Positions 14,001 to 24,146 of a stretch of DNA of 64,000 bases are shown here, one piece after another. Within the stretch, counting starts at the first letter, position 1, and each line of letters begins with the position of its first letter. The stretch is from assembly GCF_964194025.1 (NCBI RefSeq), contig NC_134476.1, positions 12,338,001-12,402,000 of the forward strand, written 5' to 3'. The notes beneath the pieces are model-generated. The model made no database searches, had not been told where the DNA came from, and worked only from the letters and a program-made list of their open reading frames with translations. This DNA comes from Convolutriloba macropyga. Lineage: Eukaryota. The position numbers and the translations under genes are program-made.

Positions 14001-15554
14001 AAGTGATTTTTGTCATCAAGGAATCGATATTCAAGAGTTTAAGCTGTAACATAAAGATCCCAGTACCAATTTTTATCATATTTCAGAAAAATGTAATGAT
14101 TGAGGTGAAATAAGGTGAAAAAGTTAGTAGTCCCAACTCATGTCAAATTTTTTCAACCTTTGCCGAATTCCACGGATTTCCTAAAATTTTCAGCAATCAA
14201 CAACTCTGACACCTCGACCTGTGCCCACAAATAGTGCATTTACTCAGCTAAAACTCAATCCAGGCAACCTTGTAGCTTTAAAGTCAGAACCAATGGAGCC
14301 GGTCAGAATCTAGAGAGATTTAGTTGACATATTTCGACCGACCCTCATGAGAGCAATAAGGAAACTTTGTCCAATCCTTGCTGGTCCACTAGTGAATAAA
14401 ATTTTTGAACTTTTGCAACTAAAGTAGAGAATATGATCCATGATCGAGTCGTAGGCAAACTGTGGAAAAGACCAAGCTAAGAGTACCCTGGTTTTCTTTA
14501 AGAGTGAAAATGTTGGAGTAAAAAATTGACAACAGTTACAAAATGAATGTATATGAGTCTCGTCAAATAACTAAGCCCGAGTTTGCTCACCCTAGTAATT
14601 TTTAAAGAAAACCAGTCAGTTAATTCCCGTGTTCGTCAATTGATATGATAACTTTTTTATTTAGAAAAGCGTGCCAGCTCTCCAAAGAAAAACAACATCC
14701 GCAATCATTTTCTTCAACAGTTGTTTCAGAGGAATCTGTGAGGCGTTCATTACTGAGTTTCACGACCTGAAAGAGCACACGCGCAAAAAATGAAACAAAC
14801 TTCTTTAAAAAACTGAAAAAAATGCCAAGAATCGTTGCTTAGGGTATATGTTTGATGTTAGAGAGCGCAGATCTTGATAAGCCTCAGTCACATTTGTGCG
14901 TTTATTTTGCAGGATTCTTGTTAGGATCTTGCAAGATTACGCATCATCTTGCAAGATCTTGAAAGGTTCTTGTAGGAACTTGCTAGATAACCGTCCAATT
15001 CGCAAGAGTCTTGCAAGATAACAGATTTACAAGAACAGCCGGAAACATGCTTTAGCTAATGCAAGAGTCTCTTTAGCTGCTTTCTGTTTTTCTGCTGCAT
15101 CAAAAGTCAATTCGGCGTATGCTGCTATGAGATGCATATTGATTGGGTTCAGAAATATCCAAAAATTTTCAAGCATAGGAACTCCAGCCTATATCAAACT
15201 AGTTTCTAATATTAAGTTGAAGCGACCGGCCAAATAATCAATTTCTTTGGTTTGAAATTTGAAATTAAGGGGCAAAACAAAGAAATTGCAATTCATCTCT
15301 CTTTATTGTCCACGAAAATAGTTTGCCTCTAAAAGTCCTTTATTACAAATACTGACTTTTGAGATCGCTTGCGTTCTATGATATCCATATTAAAGTTTTA
15401 TAGATTCCAAAAATTTTATGATTCTTTGGACAAATATCGCTGCTTTGTTGTTCCGACCAACTTTGTTGTTAGCGGGGGGGGGCTATATAATCAACTGGTT
15501 TTCTTGTTCTTTCTATTTTGGCCGATCGATATATTCATCGTACAGGATTGTGTT
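7853..15554. repeat. Tandem triplication, 3 x ~2.57 kb
   Basis: TTAAAGTCCAATTGGTGTGACG starts at 7853, 10432 and 12996, and the last unit ends ...GGATTGTGTT at 15554. Near-identical spurious ORFs recur in the track. Confidence 0.95.
9771..9910. repeat. TCTTGCAAGA-array element (also present in the other two triplication units)
   Basis: ACGGTTATCTTGCAAG ... CTTGCTAGATAACCGT inverted ends enclose repeated CTTGCAAG units. Confidence 0.75.
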
Positions 15555-16500
15555 GGGAGTGGTATCACTAGAAAGCTTATCAAGCGTATCAAACGTAGAT
15601 TTTCAAACCAGAAAGATTTTTCTGAGTTTCGCTTTTTCCAAGGTCTTAGTGAGGTTTAAAGATTTGCAACGTTAGCCTAACGTACATTGTCTTAAGTACA
15701 TAATTTTTGTCGTACTTATTGCCTAATTTTTGAACAATATCTGCTCAAATTTGATGAAATTGTTAACTATAGTCTAAATAGTTTTTCGTTTAAAAATAGA
15801 AGACAATTGATGAAACGTTTTTCCCAATTGTTTTTGCAAGGTTTCCAGCTAAATTTTCGAAAATTCACTTTTTCTTTATGTTTCACAAAAACAGCATCAA
15901 ATATACCTATATGTTCCATTCTGTCCAGTTTCAGTGGTGGTGCAGATATGAAAACCACCGAAACAATCTTCATTGATCAGCTATTGAGTAATTGTAACTC
16001 CGGCTCATTGGAAAATCTCAAGAAATAAAATGTTTGCCGTCTTCCTCTAATGTAAACCGATATTTATGAAAGATTTTTGTTTGCCGAAAAACCTATTGCG
16101 CATTATTTTAAAAAAGTTGGTTTTTTAACAACCATGCAGTCATAGAACACCAGTTTGGGTCTAAGCATTGAGTTTTGCAATGAAAAGGGGTTCGGGTTGT
16201 GTTTTGGGTCTGTCTTTTTGAAATATTTTTTGCATTTCTATCATCCAAACTACAAAAAATTTGTTTTGATTTGAAGATTCAGTTATTAGGAGTCTTCTTT
16301 ATGGTGCAATGGTGTCCAATGAAGCAATATTGTATCTTTTGAGTAAAGCTCATGGGTAATTATGGCTCCGAAAAATGGTTTTTGTGAAAATTTACCGAAT
16401 TCCTGAGATCTGCCAGATTTTGATCTTCTCTTTATGGTTTTATGAAGGAGTCTAGTTATTCAAATGTCATATTTGGTATCTTGGAAGCAATTAAAGAAGA
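15448..16500 (+). mobile_element. HINE-like element, old copy; its 5' end is also duplicated at 10324 and 12887. 3' limit uncertain
   Basis: TTGTTCCGACC...TTTTGGCCGATCGATATATTCATCGTA...GAGTGGTATCA matches the 36461 copy; internal GAGTAAAGCTCATGG is shared. Confidence 0.65.
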
Positions 16501-18840
16501 TGTCTGAAGATTTCAGTTGAAAAATAAAGCTTTTTTGTTAAAAAATTTCTATGAGTATCCGAAACTCATCATTTGTTTTTGATATATTTTTCTAGTCAAA
16601 CTAACTATTTCGGTGATATTTGGTACCCTCTGGTTTTCGTGGAGAATCAACAAAATCTAGACCAGTTTTGGTCTAGCTCTGGATTTTTATAGTTCAAAAA
16701 CTGCTCGGATTGTTATGGAGTGCTTTATTTAATTTGTGTTATTTTTTGCTTTTTTAGTGTTGGTTACGAACCTCAATTATTGTCGAGGCAAAATTTTGTG
16801 AAAAGAGGTGTCAATAAAAAAACTCAGCAGTTTAGGTAAAAAGCATACTTTAATTCTGCTTCAACGCCGTTTGCTTGAAATTGTTCGTGAAATTTTGAAT
16901 TCTGTCTGTACTCAGTGTTAATGTAAACTCTTTTGAATTAATTTCTCCAATGATATTTACAACTGGCTTGAAAAATTTGTAATTTAAATACTTTGTCACT
17001 TCATTTTTGACGGATTGCGGTTGTAACTTTTTGAGGTTTTGAATAAATTTTGTAAAAAGTTTACGGTTTCTGGCCGCTTTCATTATGGAGATTTTGCCAC
17101 TTTCAATTTTATTTCTGCAAGATTTCAGCCTAGTTTCATTAAAGAGATAGAGAACGTGATTCATCGAAATTGAATTATGATGTAGTTTTAATAGCAGTTT
17201 TATTAATAAAATAAATGTTTTCTTTGGGCGCTGATACTACGAGTTCAAGTAATTTTTTTACGGTTTTTTACGTTTTTCAATTTTCAGGTTCTTTTTTAAT
17301 GTCTTGACCTGTCATCATATTACTGCTCAGTAATGAACAGTCGCACATCACATGAATGCGTTGAAATGAGGCGCAGCTGATTAAAGTGAACATTTTTAGT
17401 GAATTTGTTTTGATCTTATAGGCTTCCACAACGTTTCCTCGCAAAACTGATATGAATCATTTTTGAATCAAATGCATTTAAGATAGACCTACAGATCAAC
17501 AGGAAAATGCTTTTACTGCTATCATCAAAAGGGTACCGAAAAATGCTTTTTAAAAACAAAAGCAAAGTTTTGTTTTTAAGTCTGAGAATTGAGATTGGTA
17601 ACAAAACCAGAAGTTAAAAACTAAGTCTTATTGAAGAAGATAAATAATAGTTTTCACCGTTCTCGTCAGATCATCTTTAAGTTAAAACGTGTAATCAAAT
17701 TTTTGTTGTTTTGCTTGACTGGAACATTGATTAAATAGAATTAGAGTAAATCATAGAGGTGGTGGTGGTGGTGGAGGAGGGGGGGGTTGTTGCACTACTT
17801 TAAGTTTGTTCAATTCCTAACTCGTTTAACTACAAAAGCATGGTTACTGGTTAAAATTAACTAGTTGGCAAAAAACAGTACAGCTTGGAAAAAAGAAAGA
17901 ATTTTCAATTCTCATTTCTGCAAATCCTTAATGTTTTTCCATATTTTTGGTGCCCCCCCCCCTCCGACCCTCTTTCCTGGTGCTCAGCAATGATTAAGTT
18001 AGGCAGAGCTTATATGTGAATGCGATTATAGTAATCGGGGTAACATATTGTCTCAAAGGGCGCAATCATTTGCATATTGGGATTAATCAGTCTAATTGAA
18101 GTGTCGGGGTAGAGGGAGATGAAAAAACACAATCAGATTCGCCTCCTTTTGGCTAAATCTTAAATTTAGAAGTCATTTCACAAAAGGCTAAAAATATTTT
18201 ACAGTTACTGGTTTTTGCAAACTTTCAAGTTAATCTTTTTAAGTTTCTGCGTTAACGCAAAGTTGAAAACATTTCATAATAAAAATTTAACGTGAACTTT
18301 TAACTTTCTGCACTAGTTGATCGCTGATGAAATTTTATAATCATAACTTTCCGTGAACTTTTTAGTTTCTGGTGTTGATTCAAATCTAAAATATATGAGT
18401 GACAAGTTTTCATCATCATTATACTTCAAACTAAATCTTTTTAACTTTTCGCTTTGCAAATTAAAGTTTGAGACGATACAGATTTGCTTATGGTAACGTT
18501 GCTTTTATGCTTTCCAAAACATCATACTACGATTAATGAGAAAAAATTAAGCAAAAAAAATCGAGTCCGGAAAAAAAGATCGAAGTGTTAAAAACAATAA
18601 ATTTACTTCACTTTCGCTCTTTAAACAAATTTTAGATATTTGACATGCAAGACATAACAATGATTAACCGATAAAGTAATGCCTCTTTGAAAGCGAAGAA
18701 AGTCACTCGTGAAGTCACTCAAGACCTCTTTCAGCCTCTGAATCGTTTTTGAAAACTGGTTTTTTGAAAAAAAAATTGCTAGTTGTCAGCAACGCAGAGT
18801 GTCAAAGTCAATCTCACGCATGAAAACAGTTGTTCAGGTC

Positions 18841-19195
18841 NNNNNNNNNNNNNNNNNNNNNNNNNNNNNNNNNNNNNNNNNNNNNNNNNNNNNNNNNNNN
18901 NNNNNNNNNNNNNNNNNNNNNNNNNNNNNNNNNNNNNNNNNNNNNNNNNNNNNNNNNNNNNNNNNNNNNNNNNNNNNNNNNNNNNNNNNNNNNNNNNNNN
19001 NNNNNNNNNNNNNNNNNNNNNNNNNNNNNNNNNNNNNNNNNNNNNNNNNNNNNNNNNNNNNNNNNNNNNNNNNNNNNNNNNNNNNNNNNNNNNNNNNNNN
19101 NNNNNNNNNNNNNNNNNNNNNNNNNNNNNNNNNNNNNNNNNNNNNNNNNNNNNNNNNNNNNNNNNNNNNNNNNNNNNNNNNNNNNNNNNNNNNNN
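18841..19195. other. Assembly gap (355 N)
   Basis: Run of N. Confidence 1.
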
Positions 19196-19935
19196 AGTCA
19201 GAAGAAAGCTCAAAAAATTTTGCTGTCGAATAGAATCACATGTAATACCCGATTGTTTGTGTTGACCATCTTTTTGGCACAAATGTTTTCTTGTTTATTT
19301 CGAGAGAAATTATTCTCTTAGGAGAGTGTGATAATTTTCAGCCAAAAACTCAATTTTAGCTGATTTTGTATGAGTTTTTGGGACACTCTTTTTATAAAAA
19401 ACTTGAGCGGTTTTGTAATGTTTTGCTATTTTTGTGAAAAAATTTGGGTTGCCGCTGTGTGATATAATATGGTAAGTGCGAAAATGAATTTTGCAAATTG
19501 CTAATAAACGTTTTTACAGGCAGAAATTGTATAAATTTTGCTATGTTTAACTTGACTTTTTTTATTGATCAAACCAAACGTCTGATTGATTTATTAACAG
19601 ACTTTTAATATATCATCTAAAAAGTTTTAGTGATCTGATCAATCATATATATTTATTGTTTGTTTAGGCAAAAATATCTGAACGAATTGAGCATGGAAAG
19701 CTGGAAAAAAGTAACGAAAAATTTTAATTTAAATTTTTAAGTTTAATTTTTTTTATGGATATCAGTTTTCCATAAACAAAATCCTAAGTAATTTGAACGA
19801 AAAGTGCATGCCAAATAAAATGACCATCCAAAGCCAATAAAGGTCGTGGTGTTCAGAAAAACAATTTCGAGATTTTATTAAGAATTACACGTACGAGCTA
19901 TTTTCATCCCAAGTTCGACCAAGCTTCAATCCGGG

Positions 19936-20314
19936 TGTTATACTTAATCGTATTGAATACTTAGGGATTCGCGTTGCGAATACTTGTGTCAAGATTATGA
20001 TAGGAATTGCCAGGCGAATACACAACTACAAACGCGGTGCGAATCCGTTGCTAAATTTAGCTTAAGATTATGAAGAGCGTTTGCAGAGTAACTTGAATTC
20101 AGATTGACTAAATGAAATTATGATTACTTATGATAAACTAGTATGAACAAAATATGAAAGAATTTAGTAGACTAACGGGAATATTAATATAGGTGAATAA
20201 ATAGAAGTCATAACTTTTAGTTATAAAACGCATGATATAAATATAGATATAGAGGTTAAATAATTTAGTACACATAGAAGTTTCGATATATAATAGGTAT
20301 CCATACGTATCACA
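19936..20314 (-). repeat. 3' LTR (379 bp)
   Basis: Direct repeat of 26408-26813, preceded on the - strand by the purine tract GAGGGAAA. Confidence 0.97.
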
Positions 20315-20322
20315 TTTCCCTC
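20315..20322 (-). promoter_or_regulatory. Polypurine tract
   Basis: GAGGGAAA abuts the 3' LTR and is preceded by a T-run on the - strand. Confidence 0.75.
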
Positions 20323-21453
20323 GTGACAAAAAAAATTTAATGTATTTACAATTTTTAAATCAACACAAAACATGTAACCGAGAAGGATGAACATAACTTA
20401 ACTCAAAGTTGTAGAAGTACTACGAATGTGAAATTTAAGAATAATTAACGATGAAAATTTTAGCATATGCAAGGCTTATACATCTAAGAACTTTCAATTG
20501 CACATAGGCTGTGTGTGTTAATGAGTGTAAATTATCACCACTTGACGGATAATTACAGCACATAAAATAATTCTCAATGTTTAATAATTTTGGAATCGCA
20601 AAGCGAAAACGCTTCAAAATTCTTAACATGGAAACTGCGTACATTAAACGAAATAAATTTAGCGCACACACAGTAATGAATGGATTCGCAGGGCAAATAC
20701 TTGAATAAATGTAAAACTGACAATAGGAGAGCAAATGTTATAAATTAAAACACGGTTAACATTAATTTTAGATTAAAGAAGTGGAAACAAGATTAAATAA
20801 ATGAATGGAGTTTATGACAGTTTTGTTGAGTTTTTAATTTAAATTTCATTTTCTGCATCCCAAACAGATAGTTCTCTCTCTTGTTCATATTCATGGTATC
20901 GAACTCTTGAATCTGGTGGCGAAACTTGGCCGATTTGAATTTCCGGTCTTGGGGGAGATAGGATTCTTGAATGTTCCGCACTTTGAATCATGGCTACTAC
21001 TGTATTCGTGGTTGCTGCATCTTGCTTCTCTTTTTTCGATTTACGTTTTTTCTGTTTGCCGGAACTGGTAGAGGTTAGGGAACTGGTAGGCGAAATATCC
21101 GCGTCCGTGAAACCGTAGAATTGGGGCCGATTTCGTTTTCGGGTTCGTTGTTGTTTTTGTGGGTCGGGATGTGTGTCTTGAGTCTGTTGGTTTTGAGAAG
21201 AAGTCATTTGCGGAGCGGGCACTATTGATATCAATTGTTGTTCCTGAACTGTCGCGTCATCATTGTCGTTGATTGGAGCTGCATTTCGGCGACGTTTGGG
21301 CTGTGGTTTTGTAGGTTTACGTACAGTGAAGGCTCTAGACACGTTTGAATTGACTGAGGAAACAACTGAAGTGGTGTCTCGATGCCGATGTCGAATTTCG
21401 ATTTCCCCTCGCTTTTGTTTTTTAATGTCGTTGCTGTGCTTGGCAATCTTTAT

Positions 21454-22890
21454 TTAAGTTGTCTGTTCATAAGGCGCAGGGCGCCTTTGTGCGTACGTCC
21501 AGAGATTTGTAGATCTTTCAGCCTTGGTGCCAAACTTTGCCAGATCACTATCTCTGACTTTGACTGGCGTTCGCCCCGGTTCGTTAATTATGGTTGTCGT
21601 GGGGGATGATTTAGTGACAAATGAGCCGGGTTTTAAAACTTCGTAAAGCCCAGCAAGCTGTCGTTTCGCCCTCTTTTTGTTTGGCAGTTTTCTGGCAAGC
21701 TTCACACTTAATGATTTTTCTGTTCTTGGAATAGGGTTCGTGAGCTTGGGGTGGATTATGAACCGCGATTCCTTATCGTCTGAGTCTCGGTATCGGAGGC
21801 CTGCGTCCTGTTGTGCCTTATTCATTGCCGTCTCAATTTCCAAATCGCTTCTCTCCGGATTGACCCATCCAGCATCATCGAGGTATTTGGCTACAGGAAC
21901 TGTATCAGCATCTAAATAGTGATTAATAATTTTTTCATTTGTTAAATTTAAACTTGATGGACATGTGATAATATTGCGCAACGGAGTATTCACCAGACGA
22001 CCAAAATGAGCTTCGAACGGAGTTATCTGTGTTGTTTTCTGTCTTGTTATTCGTAAGTCAAAAATTATCTGTTTAATTGCTTTAGATGTAGAAAATGAAT
22101 CATTATTTTCAGTTTTCATACAGGATAACCGCCGTTTAATTGTCTGTATCATTCGCTCCATTAATCCAATTGCTCTATGGTCTCCGACTGGCGCGTCGAG
22201 AATGTTAATGTTATTTTCATTACAGTAGTTTGTAACTTGTTTACCTACTAAACAAGTGGCTTGATCTAGACGGATTGTTCGCGGGATTCCATGAGTATAA
22301 GCATAATCGCGGAGAAATTTTACCACATTTGTCCCATTTGCATGTTCAAAAATTCGAGCTGTTGGATACTTTGAATAACTATCTATACATGTCAAAAAGT
22401 AAATATCTTTATCTTTATCATTTGTTATCGGGCCCCCAAAGTCAATTTGAATTTCTTCATTTGGTTCTTGACAAGCCTTGTGAGGATGCCATTTAGATTT
22501 TGGTATAATAGGTTTCAAATTCTTACCAATATCTGTACACGGACCGCAGTCTGATGCTTTGGCTAGAATCTCTCTATGCATATATGGCCACCATGCATAC
22601 TGAGATAATGAAATCATGCCCCAACTACCAGGGTGGGTCATGTGTATGGATTCCAGTACCGCTTCCTTTATCGAATTGGGTATAGCGACGCGCTCATCCA
22701 CACACAAGCAACCGGACCTCACGTGAAGCTCCTTCCAGAACGAATGTATATAGGGGCTAACTTCCTTACAGCGGTTCTCGTCATCTTGGAGGACACAATC
22801 TCTAATTTCTTTTAATACTGCGTCCTTACTTGTTAAGACGGCTAGGAAGGATTTTGTAAATAGTTGGTTTAAGTTACTTTCAAAAATTTC
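21454..22890 (-). CDS. Integrase fragment (HHCC and DDE core)
   Basis: H..HPG...WWP...C..C; IQIDFGGP, IRLDQA, GLMERMIQTIK, TPFEAHFGR. The frame is open upstream of 22722 to the frameshift near 22890. Confidence 0.92.
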   Translation of the reverse strand, partial: EIFESNLNQLFTKSFLAVLTSKDAVLKEIRDCVLQDDENRCKEVSPYIHSFWKELHVRSGCLCVDERVAIPNSIKEAVLESIHMTHPGSWGMISLSQYAWWPYMHREILAKASDCGPCTDIGKNLKPIIPKSKWHPHKACQEPNEEIQIDFGGPITNDKDKDIYFLTCIDSYSKYPTARIFEHANGTNVVKFLRDYAYTHGIPRTIRLDQATCLVGKQVTNYCNENNINILDAPVGDHRAIGLMERMIQTIKRRLSCMKTENNDSFSTSKAIKQIIFDLRITRQKTTQITPFEAHFGRLVNTPLRNIITCPSSLNLTNEKIINHYLDADTVPVAKYLDDAGWVNPERSDLEIETAMNKAQQDAGLRYRDSDDKESRFIIHPKLTNPIPRTEKSLSVKLARKLPNKKRAKRQLAGLYEVLKPGSFVTKSSPTTTIINEPGRTPVKVRDSDLAKFGTKAERSTNLWTYAQRRPAPYEQTT

Positions 22891-24146
22891 TCTTTGGACA
22901 ATTCATTGTCTTGGATTTCGGGTGATGATGAAATTGGGGTATGAATGTTAGGGCTCATACTAGTTGTCGCTATAGGGGTTGACTGGGTGCGGAAAGTTAC
23001 TTTGGGAGCAGTAGTAGGAGTTGGGGGGTTAGATTGAGGCACTTCTTTTGCGGACATTGTTATGTGGTTCACTTTATTTTCTGCTTTTGCGGTTGAATTA
23101 CAATTAAAATTATTTGACTGGATTCGTGATGCGGATGCGGTAGTGTTTTGAATCAATTGATTTGCAAGGCAATTAAAGTTGGAAATGAATTCAGATTTGT
23201 AATTGTTTACTTGTGCTCGAGGAATGAGTGGATTAATTGATGCATTTGAGTTATTTGTGCTAATTTTAGCAGGTTTACAAACGTGGACGCGCGTCTTGTT
23301 TACTTGTTGGTTATAATTACTGGTTATGTGCCGCTTTTGGAAAGGAATTTTGTTCGCGTGACTAAATAAAGATGTAATTGCGTCGCGAATACGGGAAATT
23401 GTTGCTACCATGAATTCCTCGTCGTATTGATTGACACTTTTAGCGTTTTGATTTGGTTGACGCGAAATATAATCAACTAGGCCCATTCTAGTGCCAGGAA
23501 TATGTTCGATGTTAAAATCAAATGGTAACAAACGATCAATCCATCGTGTTAATCTACTGTTGTAGGATTTATTAGAACGGTGTGATTTTAGAACTGAAAG
23601 AAGTGCTCTGTGGTCTGTTAAAACTGTGAAAGTCTTCCCAAATAGATAATATTTAAAATATTCAATGGCCCACACCACCCCAAGTAATTCGAGTTCATTT
23701 ATACTATAGCGTTCTTCATTGCTATTAAGAAAACGAGATGCAAAAGCTACTGTTTTCCACCCTTCACAATCTAATTGTTCAAGCGCAGCGCCTAAACCTT
23801 GGCGAGATGCATCACATTTGATTCGCGTTTCCAGTGTTGGATTAAAATGAGTGTTTTCCGTAGCATTTCCAATAACAGTTTTGATGTGTTCAAAATGTAA
23901 TTGATGAGTTTCATTCCAAATAAATTTTTCGTTTTTCTTTAATAATGGCCGAAGAGGATGGCATATTTTGGCAAGATTGGGTATAAATTTGCTTAAATGA
24001 TGAACACTACCTAAGAATGACCGTAATTGTTTCAATGTTTTTGGAGCTTTGATTTCCGCAATTGCCGCTGTTTTAGATTCTATAGGTTTAACACCACTTT
24101 GTGAGAATGTGAAACCAAGCCAATTTATTTGATGTTTTGCGAAATG
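22869..24146 (-). CDS. RT thumb/connection and RNase H fragment
   Basis: LRSFLG, CDASRQGLGAAL, YSINELELLGVVWA, TDHRAL, DYISR. Confidence 0.92.
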   Translation of the reverse strand, partial: HFAKHQINWLGFTFSQSGVKPIESKTAAIAEIKAPKTLKQLRSFLGSVHHLSKFIPNLAKICHPLRPLLKKNEKFIWNETHQLHFEHIKTVIGNATENTHFNPTLETRIKCDASRQGLGAALEQLDCEGWKTVAFASRFLNSNEERYSINELELLGVVWAIEYFKYYLFGKTFTVLTDHRALLSVLKSHRSNKSYNSRLTRWIDRLLPFDFNIEHIPGTRMGLVDYISRQPNQNAKSVNQYDEEFMVATISRIRDAITSLFSHANKIPFQKRHITSNYNQQVNKTRVHVCKPAKISTNNSNASINPLIPRAQVNNYKSEFISNFNCLANQLIQNTTASASRIQSNNFNCNSTAKAENKVNHITMSAKEVPQSNPPTPTTAPKVTFRTQSTPIATTSMSPNIHTPISSSPEIQDNELSKEKFLKVT

